Shown one piece after another: positions 13,506-28,083 of a stretch of 64,000 nt of DNA. Each line of letters opens with the position of its first letter. Positions within the stretch are counted from its first letter, which is position 1. The position numbers were made by a program, and so were the translations under genes. The notes beneath the pieces were generated by a model. The model was given only the letters and a program-made list of their open reading frames with translations, was not told where the DNA came from and did not search any database. This DNA comes from Epiperipatus broadwayi (taxonomy: Eukaryota; Animalia; Onychophora): contig JAQFVV010000011.1 of assembly GCA_028023455.1 (NCBI GenBank), positions 62,001 through 126,000 on the forward strand. The letters run 5' to 3'.

Positions 13506-14168
13506 ATATGTTTATTTCGGAATGAAATAATTATTAAGTAAAATATAATGGAGAGAAAACGTGGAATTAAGAATGATTTATGAATTAATACTACATATAG
13601 TAAAGTTTATAGTAGAGAGAGATTAATACTCAAATATGTTTTGGAAATTTATTTAACTACAGTCATATTAAACTTCTATAATACTCGTGCATATTTAATG
13701 TGTGGAACATATTCAGATCTGAAAGATTAGATAAAGATGCATTAAATTTTTAAAGTGTTTTATTGAAATATTATTAGTGATTTTTAAATGTTTTTACACA
13801 GGATCATGAAAGTTGCTAGCAAGTGGAGAAATAATATTAGTAACTCGCAAGGAGGCGTGAAGTATTATGCTAAAGACTATAATGATGCGGAACTATGAAG
13901 AGGAATAAAAAAGATAAAGATATATTTTTTTGTTAATTTTATGGAAATGTAATATTAGATGTTATGCCTAGTAAGAAGGTAATAATATTAGATGTATTTA
14001 ATTTGAATATTTTGATATATTAATATATTTTATATATTTAAGGTTGTTTTTTTTTATTTTTAAAAATGATGATAATAAGAAGTATGCTTAGAAAGTTAAT
14101 GCAGTATACACGAGTGTTGAGAAAAAGGAGAATATGAGTAAAACAAGACTGTATAGTTATGTTAAAAG

Positions 14169-14730
14169 GTAAAATCCCCTACATTTCTAAAATATCTAAC
14201 AAACTAATGAAAGCATTAACCGATAAATTCAACATAGCATTTAGAACTCCACCTAATTCTAATAGACTGATTAACAACTCTAAAGACCACATTGATCGAT
14301 CGTTCACCCCACACGTGGTGTACTCCATTGCCTGCCCTCAGGCCAGATGCCATGCTATATATTATGATGAAACAAAAGCTACAATCAACACTAGACTGGC
14401 CCAACATCTTTACATGTATAACAGAGCTCAGAGGAACAGCAACACAGCTTCTGTATTTTTGGAGCATGCTAAACAATCTGGACACAACTTCACATCTGCC
14501 AATCCTATAATATTGTGCTCAGAATCAAATGATCACAAAAGAAAAATAAAGGAGGCATTTTACATTAATGGAAACATCCATGCTATTAATAGGAAAGACA
14601 CGTGCTTCGAAATCTTGAAGAAATTGGCTACGTAATACTAGCTTATTTGAATATTTGCATATATTTTACTATACATTTTATGAAGGCTATAAATATGAGG
14701 CATGGATCCTTGAAAACATTAAGCTGATAA
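14169..14730 (+). mobile_element. Penelope-like element 3' fragment (GIY-YIG endonuclease, family A)
   Basis: ORF 14159-14635 IPYISKIS...HVVYSIACPQARCHAIYYDETKATINTRLAQH...EHAKQSGHNF...KRKIKEAFYI...AINRK. Confidence 0.9.
14685..14725 (+). ncRNA. PLE hammerhead-like motif with A3:U8 core (G5A decayed)
   Basis: GGCT|ATAAATA|T|GAGG-CATGGAT-CCTT|GAAA|ACATT|A|AGCT. Confidence 0.5.
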
Positions 14731-17700
14731 ACTTTATTATTGATTTATATCTTCTTTATTAACAATTATAAATGTGTTTTTTGTTAAATTAATTTAATAT
14801 ACAAATTAAAAAGCGTATGAAACACTTGAATGAGAAACTATAAAGATTCCACAAATTATTATACGCTAAGCACTTTCGATATTTAATGAGTAAATTGATG
14901 TTATAGCAATGAATCAAGAGATGGGATTCATGGAAATAAAATACCTATGTTATTTGAATCTCAAATGAAAATATGAAGAGATGCAATGAAGTGAGTGGTA
15001 AAAGTAACAAAATAATTATGATCTCAATTTTGTATGATAAAAAGTATAATGTTTGACCTTTGTTATATGATTTATTTTGTAATATAATTGTTAATATTAT
15101 AGAAGAATACTTGATGGGAAGATGAGATTGTAGTATTAATTGTAAGGTAGATTATGGTCAGAGATGCTAAAAATATACAGTAAAGTAAAATAAGTTATAA
15201 TTCTAGGATAGTGTGGCATATCTTCATCAAGAACTGATTTATATTATAATGGGATTGATCGATGCCCCAAACATGGATGCTAATTTCCATAAGAGCTTAG
15301 TAGAGAAACCTGGATATTGGGGTAAAACCATTAAGATAAAAATGACTACTTGCCAAGATATAATATTTCATTAAAAAGAAAAGAAGACATCCATTCCTAT
15401 ATTTAGAGATAATAGTTTATTAAAACTCAGTTTCTTATCTATATAATTTTTGGATATAGTAAAGAAATGTATATAATGAGCATCATATGTAAACTAGTTA
15501 TTTTTTAGAAATATTATAGGTTCCTTCCTAGGTAGTAAAAAATTGGTTGTTAAAGAAAGAATAATAAATGCAAAACAAATATTTTAGTAGTTAAGTAAAA
15601 TCTGACAGATTTAATGCTAAAAGATAAAATACAAGAACAAAAGTAAGAATGAAAAAGTGAGTGAAAAGAAGTAAAGAGTAAAAAGGATAAGGGATGATTT
15701 ATTAATATGAAATTATTGAAAGTTATAATAACATAAACTAAATTTTATATGTAAATTTTATGAATAGAGTTTATGCAGACTTATATTATGAAAGGTTGTA
15801 AAGTATTGTATCTTTATGTAAATATTGCAAAAAGACAATGTATTATATCAGTAGATGGAAAAAAAAGGTTTTAAAAATTGAATCCACAAAAAACACTCAT
15901 GGATGGTAAAATTAATTATCAACATAAAAGAAAATATACCTGTTGATAATAGTAAATTTAATGTTTGAGGAATAGAACATTATATAATATCAATGTTAAG
16001 TTGAAAAGAAGTATGTTTATTTAATTTATTTATTTTTCGATGTAAATAATTGTACATACATTTTAATTAGTTCATATCTATTTGGGAGTTTAACTATGTT
16101 ATTTTAATATTTGATAAGTTGTGACTTATTGTACTACTGTTAAAACAAACTGTTATTTTAATATAAATCTTCGACTAGTGACTTTATTTCTACTCAGAAT
16201 TATTTTTATCACAAAGTCATATCAAAGCACATACATCATATATAAAAATGATTACAATTAAAAATATAGTTATTGGATAAGGAGAACTTAAAAAAAGTAA
16301 TTATTTATTTCTTGAAAATTATAATTATCTAAGTATTGCTATTTAATAGTATCATTTCCATAGAGCATTAACTGAAAATGATAATATCTTAAGAGTGACA
16401 TTATTATTAATTTAAAATCAAGTTAAATTCATTCTTATATTTAAAAGATAGCTCATTAATAGAATATATTACAAGGTTTATATATTTTTGAAAGATTTAA
16501 TTAAATAGAGTAAAATTGCTAAGCAAACTAATGTATTGAAATGAATGAAATGGGGAAGATATTATAGTTGTCTTATAAAGCCTTTGCTGATAGTAAATTA
16601 TTATTCCGTTTTATAACTAATATTTGTATACTGAAGATATTTGATATTCACGCATAATTAAATCATTTAAGGGGAAGTGAGGTAGTAAATAGTAAATGTT
16701 ACTTTTATTATATTATGATCATTCCAGTTATATTAATTTTAAGAAGAGAATTTAATTTAGGTTAATAATGTTAGGTGTGGTTATTATTGAGATGATTGAA
16801 TCTTAGAAAAATCCCTCCTACTATCCAATTATCTTACTGCTAGTAATTGTCATTATATTATAAGAGAATAATTATTATCCTTGAGATATCCATAAGGTAG
16901 TATTATTATAGGATGCATTTAATTTCATTATTATTATTATTTATATATATATAGTTTATTAAATAAATGAAGGGTAGAATAATCATTATCTTTAATGAAA
17001 GATTATGTTGGTCATTGTCTGTTGTGTGGATTTTCCTAATTATTATACTAGTATAGTAGTTGGAAAATTTCTACATTAGTAATGCCATTAAGAAGCATAT
17101 TCTATATGCCTCTCAATGTTAAAACCACTATATTGTGACTGTTGCTTAAGTCTATCTTATGTTTTATACATTTCTAGTTAATTATTGAGTCTCATAAAGT
17201 GGTGCTACTATATGTTTATATTTTGATGTTTGAGCTGAGCTAAAGAAAGGATTGGAGCAGAAGGAAGAGAAGGTTACAATATATATTTTAGGAATGTTCT
17301 TAATTAATTATATATGTATACATATTTATGTGTGCAGCACAGACATCAGAACACTGATATTGCATTTAGTAAATTAAAAATTACTATTCCATTATAGTTA
17401 TAAAATTACTGCTGAGGTAAACTTATTAATATGGAAGTGTAATATGGATTCTCTATCAATGTAATGTAAAGAAAATAGAAAATATATATTTAAGGATACT
17501 ATATAATATGCTGAAAATACAGTGACAAGTCAAAAAACACACAATCAGTACATTCTCCTGCTTAATGGATGTGATGGTACTAAATGTACTATTGTAAAGA
17601 CACACCTTTAATCATTTGGATGTAGAAAGTGAATGAATAGTAACAATAATTAATTGCTTTCTTTGGAAAGATACACCAAAAATAAAATACATTTATCAAC

Positions 17701-18064
17701 TATAATTATTTCAATGTATAAAATTTTCTCATTAAAAAAAAAATTACTTGGAAAGTAAAAGATAGCATTACAAAATGACAAATAAACTTTTGAAATAGTT
17801 TGTGATATGTAAAAACAGTGTTTCACCAATTGGTTTAAGTTAACACTTTTCCAGCCTTTTTTCCTTTTTATTTTTCCGGAGTTGTAGCCATCAATGAGTA
17901 CAGAAACTTAAGACATGCACTCTTACTATGCAAGCAATATGCAAACACCCTTCCTTTATCAGGTCAGACAGAACCATTAAATACATGGATCTCCATGCTT
18001 ATGCTGACAATATGGTAGAATAGCAAATTCTCCATACTGTAGTGCCACCTAGTGCAAACTATAG

Positions 18065-18236
18065 TAATAAATGGATGTTAGAAGATTTATGCATAAAACA
18101 CACTTATCTAGTTCCTACTCATTCAATATACCCAGACTTGTTTCTAGTTTGTGGTTTTCATCAGTGAGGATTTTTGGATGTGTAGATATTAGACAGGGAT
18201 TTTATGCACAAACCTTCTAGCATCTATTGATTATTA
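18065..18236. repeat. Small fold-back with ~35-bp imperfect inverted ends enclosing a decayed hammerhead (18131-18168, minus)
   Basis: taataaatggatgttagaagatttatgcataaaa / ttttatgcacaaaccttctagcatctattgattatta; minus strand CTCA|CTGATGA|aaaccacaaacta|GAAAC-AA-GTC|TGGG. Confidence 0.6.
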
Positions 18237-18934
18237 TGGCTTGCGGTGAGTGACACTACTGTATGAAGAGTTTGCTGTTTTAACAGCAATAGGAAATGAT
18301 CACGTGATATTTTAGTGATTAATATGGTGAAGTTAAAATGAAGGATGTACTAATAAAAACAAAAATACTTAAAGGTTTTTTTTTTTAGGATTGATTCTTA
18401 GCTGAAGAAAAAAGTAGAGAAAAAACTTTTTAGTTTAGTAATTGCTCGGAAATGGCATACTTTTACTTCTTTATCTCTTTGGTGTTCAACGTCAGAGAGA
18501 TCTTTTAAATAACTCGGATTATAGAAAATAATCGCTAGTCTGATAAGCCGATATATAGTTGAACAAACAAGCAGTTGGCAAATGATTTTAATAAATATTA
18601 ATTTATCTTAAATAAAAATCAAAAATTGTTTTATGCTTAAATGTGATGATAATAATAAGTCTAATATTGTAAGATATTTCACTTTTATTTATTTATGTTT
18701 TTAGTGGGCATATTGATATTATTTATTATAATTATATTGTTTTTGTTGGTTGACTGATCAATGAAAACTGAACTTATAAACATCATCTCTATTCAAATTC
18801 AAAGTGCAATAATGAAAAATAACATTTTACTTAATCTAAAAAAAAAAAAGCAGACGATATTTTTTTGTTGTTGTTGTTGTTTAAATTTAAGATATGAAAA
18901 ACAAATTTGCATATTCAGTATCTATATACAGTCA

Positions 18935-20320
18935 CCATAATCATCATTTTCAATTATTTGCTTTTTTCTTTACAGTACACTAACAGACTTTCTTATTTTA
19001 TCCATCCATCTCACATGTAGTCCTTTTTATATCTTACGATTCAATTTAAAACTTCAATTGTTCATCTATTATCATTTCTTCTAGAAATATGCCCAACTCA
19101 ATTTTAGTTTCTTAATTCTTTCAATAATGCTTGTTTGTTCTCTCACTCATGCATTTCATTTTGATCTCTTCTAGTTACTCCTAACATTCATCTCTCCAAA
19201 TTATGTTGGGTGGTCTGAAGTCTCTATATTGTTTTTCTGTTAAGTGTCCATGTCTCAGATCCATAAGTAAGAACTGGTAAAATATGTTTTTTAAAAATCT
19301 TTCTATTTAAACACATATAGGATACATTTTCTTTTAATATTAAGTTATTTTTATCAAAAATATTTTTCCAAGTTTAATTCTATGGTTATTTTATTCATTA
19401 TGTTTACTGACAAAGATATTTATAGTTTTTTTTTATGTGTCAAAGTGTCAGCCGGGAAGTAAACCCCAGGACAACTGCTTGTAAGGCAGCTGTGCTAACC
19501 ACTCGACCACCAATGCTTGATGAGACATTTATAGTTGTTAACTTCTAATTCATGATTGTCAATCTTTATTTTTTTCTGAGTAAATCCATTGAACATTACT
19601 TTAATCTTTTTAGCATTTATCTTTAGTCCTATTCTCATACTTTCATCTGATAACTCTTGCAAAACTTGCTGAAGTGCTGAAGCATTATTTGCAAAAGTAA
19701 CTACATCATCAATATATCTGATTTAAATAATTTCCATTTACCTTTATTTCAATAGTTTCCATTTTAATTTACAAAATACTGCTTCTAAAACTCTTACAAA
19801 AGGTTTTGAAGATGCAGAACCTGTTATACATCTTCTCTATGTTAATCTTCTTAGTATCATTGTATAATCCAAATCATTAATGTTGCATTTTGATAAATAT
19901 TATTAAGAAATGGATATGCTTATAGAATCAAATACCACTTCATAACCTACAAAACTAAAGCCTATATTCATCATTATTTTTGATAACTTCTCTCAAAACT
20001 TGGATGTGAATCACTGTGCTAAAACACTTTTAGATAAAGCTTTATATTATTTCTATTTTTTTTATCCAATTCTGTGAGCATGTTAATAATCATGTTCTCA
20101 AATCCTCTCATATAGATCTTAGTTTTATTTTCCTGGGCTTCTATTTTCACTTTAGCTTGGGTAATCGTATATATAACTTTAGAACCAGCTGATCACTTTT
20201 TTATAATAATTTAAAATGTGTATATAAAAACTCTAATATTTTTTTATTTCTTTAATACATAGAATGCTCATTCCTCTTTCCACCATGTAGCTTTCCTGTC
20301 ACTGCAATTTACTTTAATTT
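18935..20320 (-). mobile_element. Degraded RTE-clade LINE (RT and C-terminus)
   Basis: Minus-strand remnants SSKPFVRVLEAVFCKLKW, HILPVLTYGSETWT, LGVTRRDQ; 3' part similar to the 13.3 kb copy. Confidence 0.8.
19426..19520 (-). mobile_element. tRNA-Gly-derived SINE, short (tRNA-length) subfamily, inserted in the RTE
   Basis: gcattggtggtcgagtggttagcacagctgccttacaagcagttgtcctggggtttacttcccggc closely follows eukaryotic tRNA-Gly(TCC); TSD atttatagtt. Confidence 0.85.
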
Positions 20321-20900
20321 TAATGCCTTATTTGGTCTATTTGCATACTATACTTAGGGGATTGATTGATTTTTATTTTTGTTTATAACAAAATACATGA
20401 TTATATTTCTTATCTGATCAAGTATTTATATTCCATATTTCTATGACTAATTGATATTTTTCTGAATACTAATAAAAAAATTAAATTAAGCTGGGTTCAA
20501 TCCCTGTTTGTTTTGATCAAGATAATCCTGGAACAAGGCTCCCAAATATAACAGTATCAGTCCTGTTAACAATTGGTAACAATCAAGTTAACAATAAAAT
20601 GAAAAATGTGATATTTACAAATTAATTTTAGTCTAGGGGAATTCAAAGATAAATAACAGATGATCGTGTACGTGGTAAAGTGACTATATATAATTTATTC
20701 TTAATTGTCAAATCTGTAATAGTCACAATATAAAAAACAATCTATATGCAGATTCAATTATATTTCTTGACCACTACCCCTCACCAACTAATATTATTAT
20801 TAAATTAACAAAATAAAAAATCAGCTTGGATTTCAGATGAGAAATGAAAACAATAAAATTATTAACAACAGCAATAATTTTAATTAATAAATAGAATTAT

Positions 20901-20936
20901 ATAATAATAATGATGATAATGATGATGATGATGATG

Positions 20937-21003
<67 letters not shown>
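20901..21003. repeat. (TAA)n/(TGA)n microsatellite
   Basis: Direct reading. Confidence 0.95.
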
Positions 21004-21005
<2 letters not shown>

Positions 21006-21799
21006 TATCTATAAATTTACACTTAAAATTATAATACAAGCCTGCATGAGAGAGAAAATCTTTGAGGCTTTATAATAATTCATTGAGAAAAGCTAATAGA
21101 AAGCTCTGGTAATTATCTTGATATTTTTGTGAGCTCACATATATTTCTGTCTTCATAAATGTAGATATATGGCCATTAAAATTAATGTCTGCTAATAATA
21201 TTAACATTTTAACTTATTTTGGTACATTCTACAGGAGTTTTTCCTATGAGGGTTTCCATTGCAATTTTCCTATGAGCATTGAAATAAGTAGATTCACAGA
21301 CTAATTTCCAGAATATTTCTATATGATAATCAATTTAGATGGCTAGTTTCCTTTTTATATTAAGTAAATGTCAAATATTTAGTTTCAGCATTAGACAGTA
21401 ATGAACATATCAGCAAGATCACGTTAAATTTAGCTCCATATTCAGCTACAATTCTGGAAACATCAGGGAAAGCATTCTGGAAGTTTTTACCCCAGATAAT
21501 ACCTGATGCTTTTTTAAATAATCATTATTATTTTTACTGACTTTTGTTCAAAGGGAGTAATCACCCTTCCCAGGCTATGACTTAAAAACACCCTACATCT
21601 TGAACAAAAAATCAAAAATAAAATAAATCCATCTATTCTTGGTAGCTCTAATGTTTATAAGCATATCTTTGTCAACATTGTTGGTAATTCAGAGTGAAAT
21701 TAATTTATCAACCAGATTGAATATGGTACTTAAGAGTTATTTCTATAAGTCATATGGATTCATCATCTTTTCTGAATTATTTATAAATTTATTACCATA

Positions 21800-24010
21800 T
21801 TGTTGGTTTTCAGACTGCTGTTTATTATCACCATTCTTATTTTAGAAATTCATTAGATAGTTTAAAGATATTATTATATTTATTCTGTCTAAATTTAATA
21901 GACTCATTATTTAAGGAGATCTTGCTTACCTGTTAATACTGCTAATTTAGATACTACTCTTTTTTTTTTTTTTCATATGTCATAGCATCGGCCGGGACAC
22001 GAACCCACAACCGTCTGCAACCAACTACTTGCTTGCATGGCGGCTCCGATACCTCTCGGCTAACAACGCAAGACTACTACTCTTTTAATAATATATTTCA
22101 TGTTTATGGTTTAAGACAGGTAATAGATTTTCTACTAGAGTAACCAATTATAACGAAACTCTTGTTAATATTAGTTTTGACAATACTAATTTTACTAACA
22201 ATTTTGAGGTTATATATAAGATCTTTGATTATTGGATTACTTTCATTCTTTCTTTTGTTATTCCAGTTAAAGCTAAATTTATAATTTTAAGAGATTTTAA
22301 TGTTTATATTTTTTTTGTTATATTGTATTGTTGGTATTAATTGAAATTGTTGGGATAAGAATATTGAGAATTAAATTTATAGAATTCTATGTAATATCTT
22401 GTTGATAAATATGTCTCTGGTTACAAAATATGGTACAAGAGCAAAAAAATCATGGATTACTGCAGTGTTAAAAATATGATTAAGTTGAGAAATAAAGTTT
22501 TAATAAATTTATTAAGATAAACCCTAGGGTAGTTGGGCTTTATATAAGAGCCTGTGCCATTTGATTATGATTGGAGAAAAGCACTTATTTATATTTTTTG
22601 TCTCTTAAATTTAAAAATAATTATTCTCTTTGGAGATCCTTTTCCAAGTGGGGTATTTCTTGGAGTAATTATCCTATTACTGTGCCTTCTCATTTACAAA
22701 AAGTTGATATGTTTAATGTTTTTTTATTCAAAGAAGTATTTTTTCCTGATTCAAACAGTTGATTTTTACTATAAAAAATCTTCATTTAAATATATTTTAT
22801 CAATTTGAAATTGCACCAATAAATAATAAAGTGTTCTTAAAACTACTAAAGCTAATGCTTCTGGTGTTGATGGTCTGCAAGTACTGTATTAAATTTATAG
22901 GCATACTATTATAGGTATTTTCAGCCATTTCAGTTCTCATTCTTATTTTCCATTGTGTTGGAAATTTGCATTGGTAAGATCTATTCCTAAGATAAATTGT
23001 CCTTTAACTTTTTTAGATTAGTATTTTGCCTGTTTATCTTATTTGAAAAAAAATATTTATAATCAAATAAATCTTTTTTTTTTTTTTGCTGTTGTAATTT
23101 TAATGTTTTATCTTTAAACAGTCAGGCTGTAGAAAAGGATATTTTGTATCTATTATCTTGGCTGATTTAACTAATGACTTTGCAAGAAGTATTTATAATT
23201 CAAAACTTGTGGCCATGCTTGACTAGACTATTCCAAGATATATGATAGTCTTTTGGAAACTTCTATTAACCAAATTGAAATATTTAGACCCAGGCTAAGA
23301 TGTCTTGAATGCTAAATGATAGTATCTTATCTGATTCACTTTTAACAACTCAAGTCTTCCCCAGGGCGTTCTTATTGATCTTCTTTTGTATGTTATATAT
23401 ATATCAGATTTTACACATTATTTAAATTTTTCTAAGTCTCATAGTTTTTCAGATAACACTCAGCTTTATATAGATTTTTCAATGAGTTATCTTTCAGAGT
23501 GCCTAAAGAAGCTTGAGTCTGATTTGAAGTTATGATAGAAATATCTAAAAAAAATCATTTAAATTTGAATTATTTGAAATTACTATTATTTTATTTTGTT
23601 AAAGAATTGTTCTTAGTAAATTTGAGAATATGGCCTTAGATATAAATTTGAAAAGATGTATTATATGTATTGGTCAAAGTTGTAAGAATCTTGGCTTAAG
23701 TCTTGGATTCCCAGCTGAATTTCAAAAATTGCACTGGTAGATTCAGTTATCCTTTACCAGATTACAGAAACTATACACTTCTAAATTTCTTTCTAGTTAT
23801 ATAAAACTTCTATTTTCTGATATTTTGGTTTTGTCTTTAATTATTGCGACTTTGTCCAAGATCCATACTTAAGCATTTCTCACTGTCTGACTATTCAAAA
23901 AGTTCTAAATGCATGTTTGACATTTGTATGTTCTCTCATGTAACCCATTATTTTAAATTATGTAATTGGATTAAGGTGAAAGATGTAGAAATTGTATTTG
24001 TGTTGTACAA
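21800..24010 (+). mobile_element. Degraded L2/CR1-type LINE ORF2 (endonuclease and RT)
   Basis: Remnants VYGLRQVIDF.TRVTNYNETLV (EN), KANASGVDG...YFPLCWKFALVRSIPK, SSLPQGVLIDLLLYVIYISDF...FSDNTQLY (RT); start approximate. Confidence 0.75.
21960..22074 (-). mobile_element. tRNA-Gly-derived SINE, long-spacer subfamily, inserted in the L2
   Basis: Near-identical to the 12.6 kb copy, B box ggttcgtgtcc, TSD tactactctttt. Confidence 0.85.
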
Positions 24011-24319
24011 TTAATAAAATTCATAAACAAAATATTCCAGTACATCTCAACTCTAAATTAACATATATATATATATTTTCTAGAGGTGTTTTAATAGAGC
24101 AAGACTTTATTATAAACTTTCTTTCCAAGTGAAATGCTAGAATAGTTTGCTTTAAAAAAAGATATAAAAAAGAAATGAAAATAGTTTTTTTTTTTTTATT
24201 AATATGCTGTAATTATTATTTTATTGCTAATATTATATTTTTGTGAATCTTTTTGATTTGATGGAAGATCACGCCATTTGTTAAATTAAATTATGTGTGT
24301 GTATTTTTTATTTGACAAT

Positions 24320-24590
24320 AAAAATAATTATCTATCTATCCATTCACCTATCCATCTATCTATCCATATATTTATTCATTTATATATCTACCCATTCATC
24401 TATCTATCTATTCATCTATATTTAACAATCTATCCATCCATTCTTCTATACATCTGTCTATCTCTTTCTATCTACCTATCTACTTACCTGTCTACTTCCC
24501 TTCCTACCTATCTACCTATCCATTATCTATCTGTCTTTCTACATATATCCATTCATTCATCCATCATCCATTCATCTATCTATCTATGTT
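24320..24590. repeat. Degenerate (TATC/CATC)n tetranucleotide repeat
   Basis: Direct reading; explains the spurious ORF 24293-24625. Confidence 0.9.
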
Positions 24591-25703
24591 ATCATCTGAT
24601 TGCACTTACTCCATCAGTCTTCTAGACTAGAGAATACAAGACATTTTTACAATATTCTGCATATATATATATACGCATCTTTATTAAAAAAATTATGTTT
24701 GAAGAGACAATTTCTAAATGTTGTAAATTAAAGAAAATAATTTAATCCACTGCTTCTAATTACAATTATTTTGCGTGCGAATGACTTTTGACATCCTATT
24801 TGAGGTGTCTTCCAGGATGGTTCAACATCCGTCCCTCTCTCATCTATTAATTAAGACCAAACATTTCCTGTATTGCACACTTTTCCATTTCAGTCAAATA
24901 TAGATTTTTATTCAAATATGTGGTATCTAAAGTCTTTATTTTGAAAAAAGCTTAATATTAAAGTAAATATAATTTACTTGACTGATTTCGTGTTTATAAA
25001 ATATTTCTTTAATAAACAGCTTCTTGTTAGTCGTAATAATTATAATTTACGGTATAATGGAAATATTTTTAAAACAATAGCGAGCAAATCTGTTGGTTTG
25101 AAACAAAGATTGGACGCACGCGGGCAGTTATGCTCGCTCTTTTCCTGTAATCGCACCTGCCCGAATCTCATCAGTTAGAACTAAAGGATGGTTTGAGATA
25201 ATTTTTTTTCGTAAAAATAGATTAAAAGACTTATCAAGCGTTGCTTTTTTTTTTTTGTTATATTTTGATTGCACGTGCTCGTCCCTGTCTGTACAAAACA
25301 ATGCACCGGAATTAGGGATGACTCAAAAACGGCCAGGTACTTTGTTTATAGTAATGAGAAATCTCTTAGTTTTTAAAAATTTGCACTGACAAATGTGTGT
25401 ATTATTAAATGTTAATTTTTAACTTTACATAAAATTAATATACACAAAAAAGGTTATTTGTGGTTGCTGCTGTTAATACATAAATACAAAATTATTGCAT
25501 ATTTAAATATTAAACTAATATATATATAATTACAGTGAAAGTTTGATTAATAGATGTAAATTAAGAATAAGAGAAAAGGAATCAGCATTTTGTACAAAAA
25601 CAATAAAACACTTCAATGTTTAAACCTAACAAGTAAGAAGGAAAAATAGAATAATATCTTTATTAGAAGATTGAGTAATGGTAATAATTTCTTAAAATGT
25701 TTG

Positions 25704-25851
25704 AGCACCTCCGGTGACAGAGCTGGGCTGGGACTCATAGCCATATAGTTCGAGTCAGCCTCTCTATCATTGCATCGAACCACACAACGTACTCAGGCTT
25801 GAGAAGAGAGGGATGCAGCCAGTATATTGTTCCGATGGCACATGAAAGAAA
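25704..25851 (+). mobile_element. Possible second tRNA-type SINE
   Basis: A-box-like TGACAGAGCTGG (25715-25726), B box GTTCGAGTC (25748-25756), tail ggcacatgaaagaaa resembling the Gly-SINE tail; no clear TSD. Confidence 0.4.
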
Positions 25852-26111
25852 TTTTTTTTACAAAACCAAATTTTCAAAAAGAAAAACAATATTGGTTATA
25901 TACTTCATACTCCATACTTTATGTGTATAGCAAAAACCACCTTGCAGCCTTGTTTAACATAACCTTTATTAATCTGAACACTCAGTGAACAGTTATTTAT
26001 ATAATTTATTGAATTTAATTTAATTTCATTACTTATTTATTTAAGTTTGCAAGTTTAGTTTCATTTCTTTTATGAATATATTTTATATTTCAGTTTATGA
26101 ATGGTTATGAA

Positions 26112-28083
26112 ATGTCATCTCAAAAATCTGGAGATCAAAAATGCAAGGAAAAACAAAAATGTGGTAAGATTAATAAAAAGAGGTGACAAATGCTTTTTCA
26201 ACTTGACGTTAAATGCAAAACAAGTGAAACTAATCAAAATGAAATGTTAAACTCAGAACAATGTGAGACAAGTGCAGAACTGAATACAGGTCAGAATTTC
26301 ATGACTCATCAGATCAAGTAAATTCTCAATTTAAAGGGTTAGGTAACCAATTGAATGTTAGTGATGAGAGTATTTCACTATCTATAGAATCTGGACATAA
26401 CAGACATAGTGAAGAGAAGAATAGATCAAATACTGGAATTGATATTGTACTTCTTATAACAGACATGTCTTCTCTAATTGGGTATAGAAAACTATATTAT
26501 TACAGATCATACTGGCTTTCCTAAAACATTTCCCAAAGATATAAATAACCAAAGTTTTTCCTGAAAATGTTTTAACATTTTGAAGTTATGAAAAGCATGC
26601 CCAAGATTGGTTTGTCTGAAGTGAAATTAAACAATTATTATTCTGTTTTCCTTGTTGATTATTTTGGAACAAGGTTTGTTGCAGCATTATCTCAACATCT
26701 AAGTCAACAAAAGTATGGAGGCAGCTAAACAATAGTGAAAATTATGTATTTGCATCCTATAATATGAAGCAATAATAATAGGCAATGCTATCTGGCTTTG
26801 CAAGAACTAGGTATGGTAGGAAAATATGAAGGTGCACAAATAAGAATACTTGAGTAATGTAAAACAGCTTTATTTTCACGATGTAAATGACACACACTTA
26901 ATTTGTGTGGAAATGATGCCACAGAATGCATTCCTGAAATCATAATATATTTTGGAATTCTACAAATGGTTTACAACCTGTTTAGTTCTAGTCCTCAGCA
27001 AAGGAAAATCTTGACGTGTCCTGACTGTTCTCTTCATGTCATGTCTAACACACAATAGTCAGACCATATTGAAAGCATAAATCCCTTTGTATTCCACCTA
27101 TCAGGCATCAAATTAGCATTAGAAAACCTCTTGGATTTGAACCTATCTGCCAAAACAAAAACAGTGATTAATGGATCTGTGTTTTACGATACATCCTTCA
27201 TTTGTGTGGTAATGTTTGTTGTATGGTACCAAGTATTAGTTCCAGTTGATACCTATAACAAGGTTATTCAGTCCAAAAATGCAATGCTGGATGTCAAAGT
27301 TTTCAACTTAAATCCAACTTAAAAAGCTTAATTTCAGAACTGACAAATCTTTAGAACAAATGGACAAGTATGTGGAGCAAAGCAAAGCATGCTGCTTCTA
27401 AATTGTGCATAGAAGTGGAACTTTCTGGAACTTGGAGTGAAGCAAAACACAAAAGAAAGAGATTCCAAGATGAAAATATTTCAGAAGCAGCAAATTTGTC
27501 AAAACAAGATGAAATAGATGAATACCCAGAAGAAGCATATTTCAGAAAGTGTGTCTTCTATATAATATTGGATAATGTTATTGGTGAACTGACTATTCAT
27601 TTCAATGCTGCAGTGAACATTTCTGAAAAGTTCAGCTTCCTCTGATATATCTATCAATTCCTTAAGATGAGATGAAAGAAAAATTAAAATTATTGGTAGA
27701 TCAATAACCTGCTGATATCACTGAAGATCTTGTAATGAAGATAAGTCATTTACTATCTGTTCATCAAACAAATTTTGGAGAGGGCCAACTGAGTACATTA
27801 GAGCTACTGAATTCCTTGAAAATATAAAAGTTGGAAGAACTCTTCCCAAATATATGTGTCTGCCTCTGTATTTTGTTAATAATTCCTGCCACTGTTGCCT
27901 CTGCAGAGTGCTCATTCAGTAAACTAAAGATGATAAAAAATTATCCAAGATGGACTACATCACAGGAGCAACTGGTAGATTTGGCCAGACTCAGTATTGA
28001 GTCTGATCTTGCAAAAACAATTGATTTTGATGATTGATTCACAATTTTGCCAGGAAAAAAGCTAGGAAAACACCTTTATTTAG
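26112..28083 (+). pseudogene. Degraded hAT transposase (ZMYM1-like type, hATC dimerisation domain)
   Basis: N-term MSSQKSGDQKCKEK; GKYEGAQIRIL, HTLNLCGNDA, FGILQMVYNLFSSSPQ; C-term FPNICVCLCILLIIPATVASAECSFSKLKMIKNY...LARLSIESD; many stops and deletions; TIR/TSD not resolved. Confidence 0.85.

Noticed and set aside
15180-17200. Faint Gypsy pol-like peptides (IMGLIDAP, KDYVGHCLLC)
   Set aside because: Two short motifs in highly degraded sequence; could be chance
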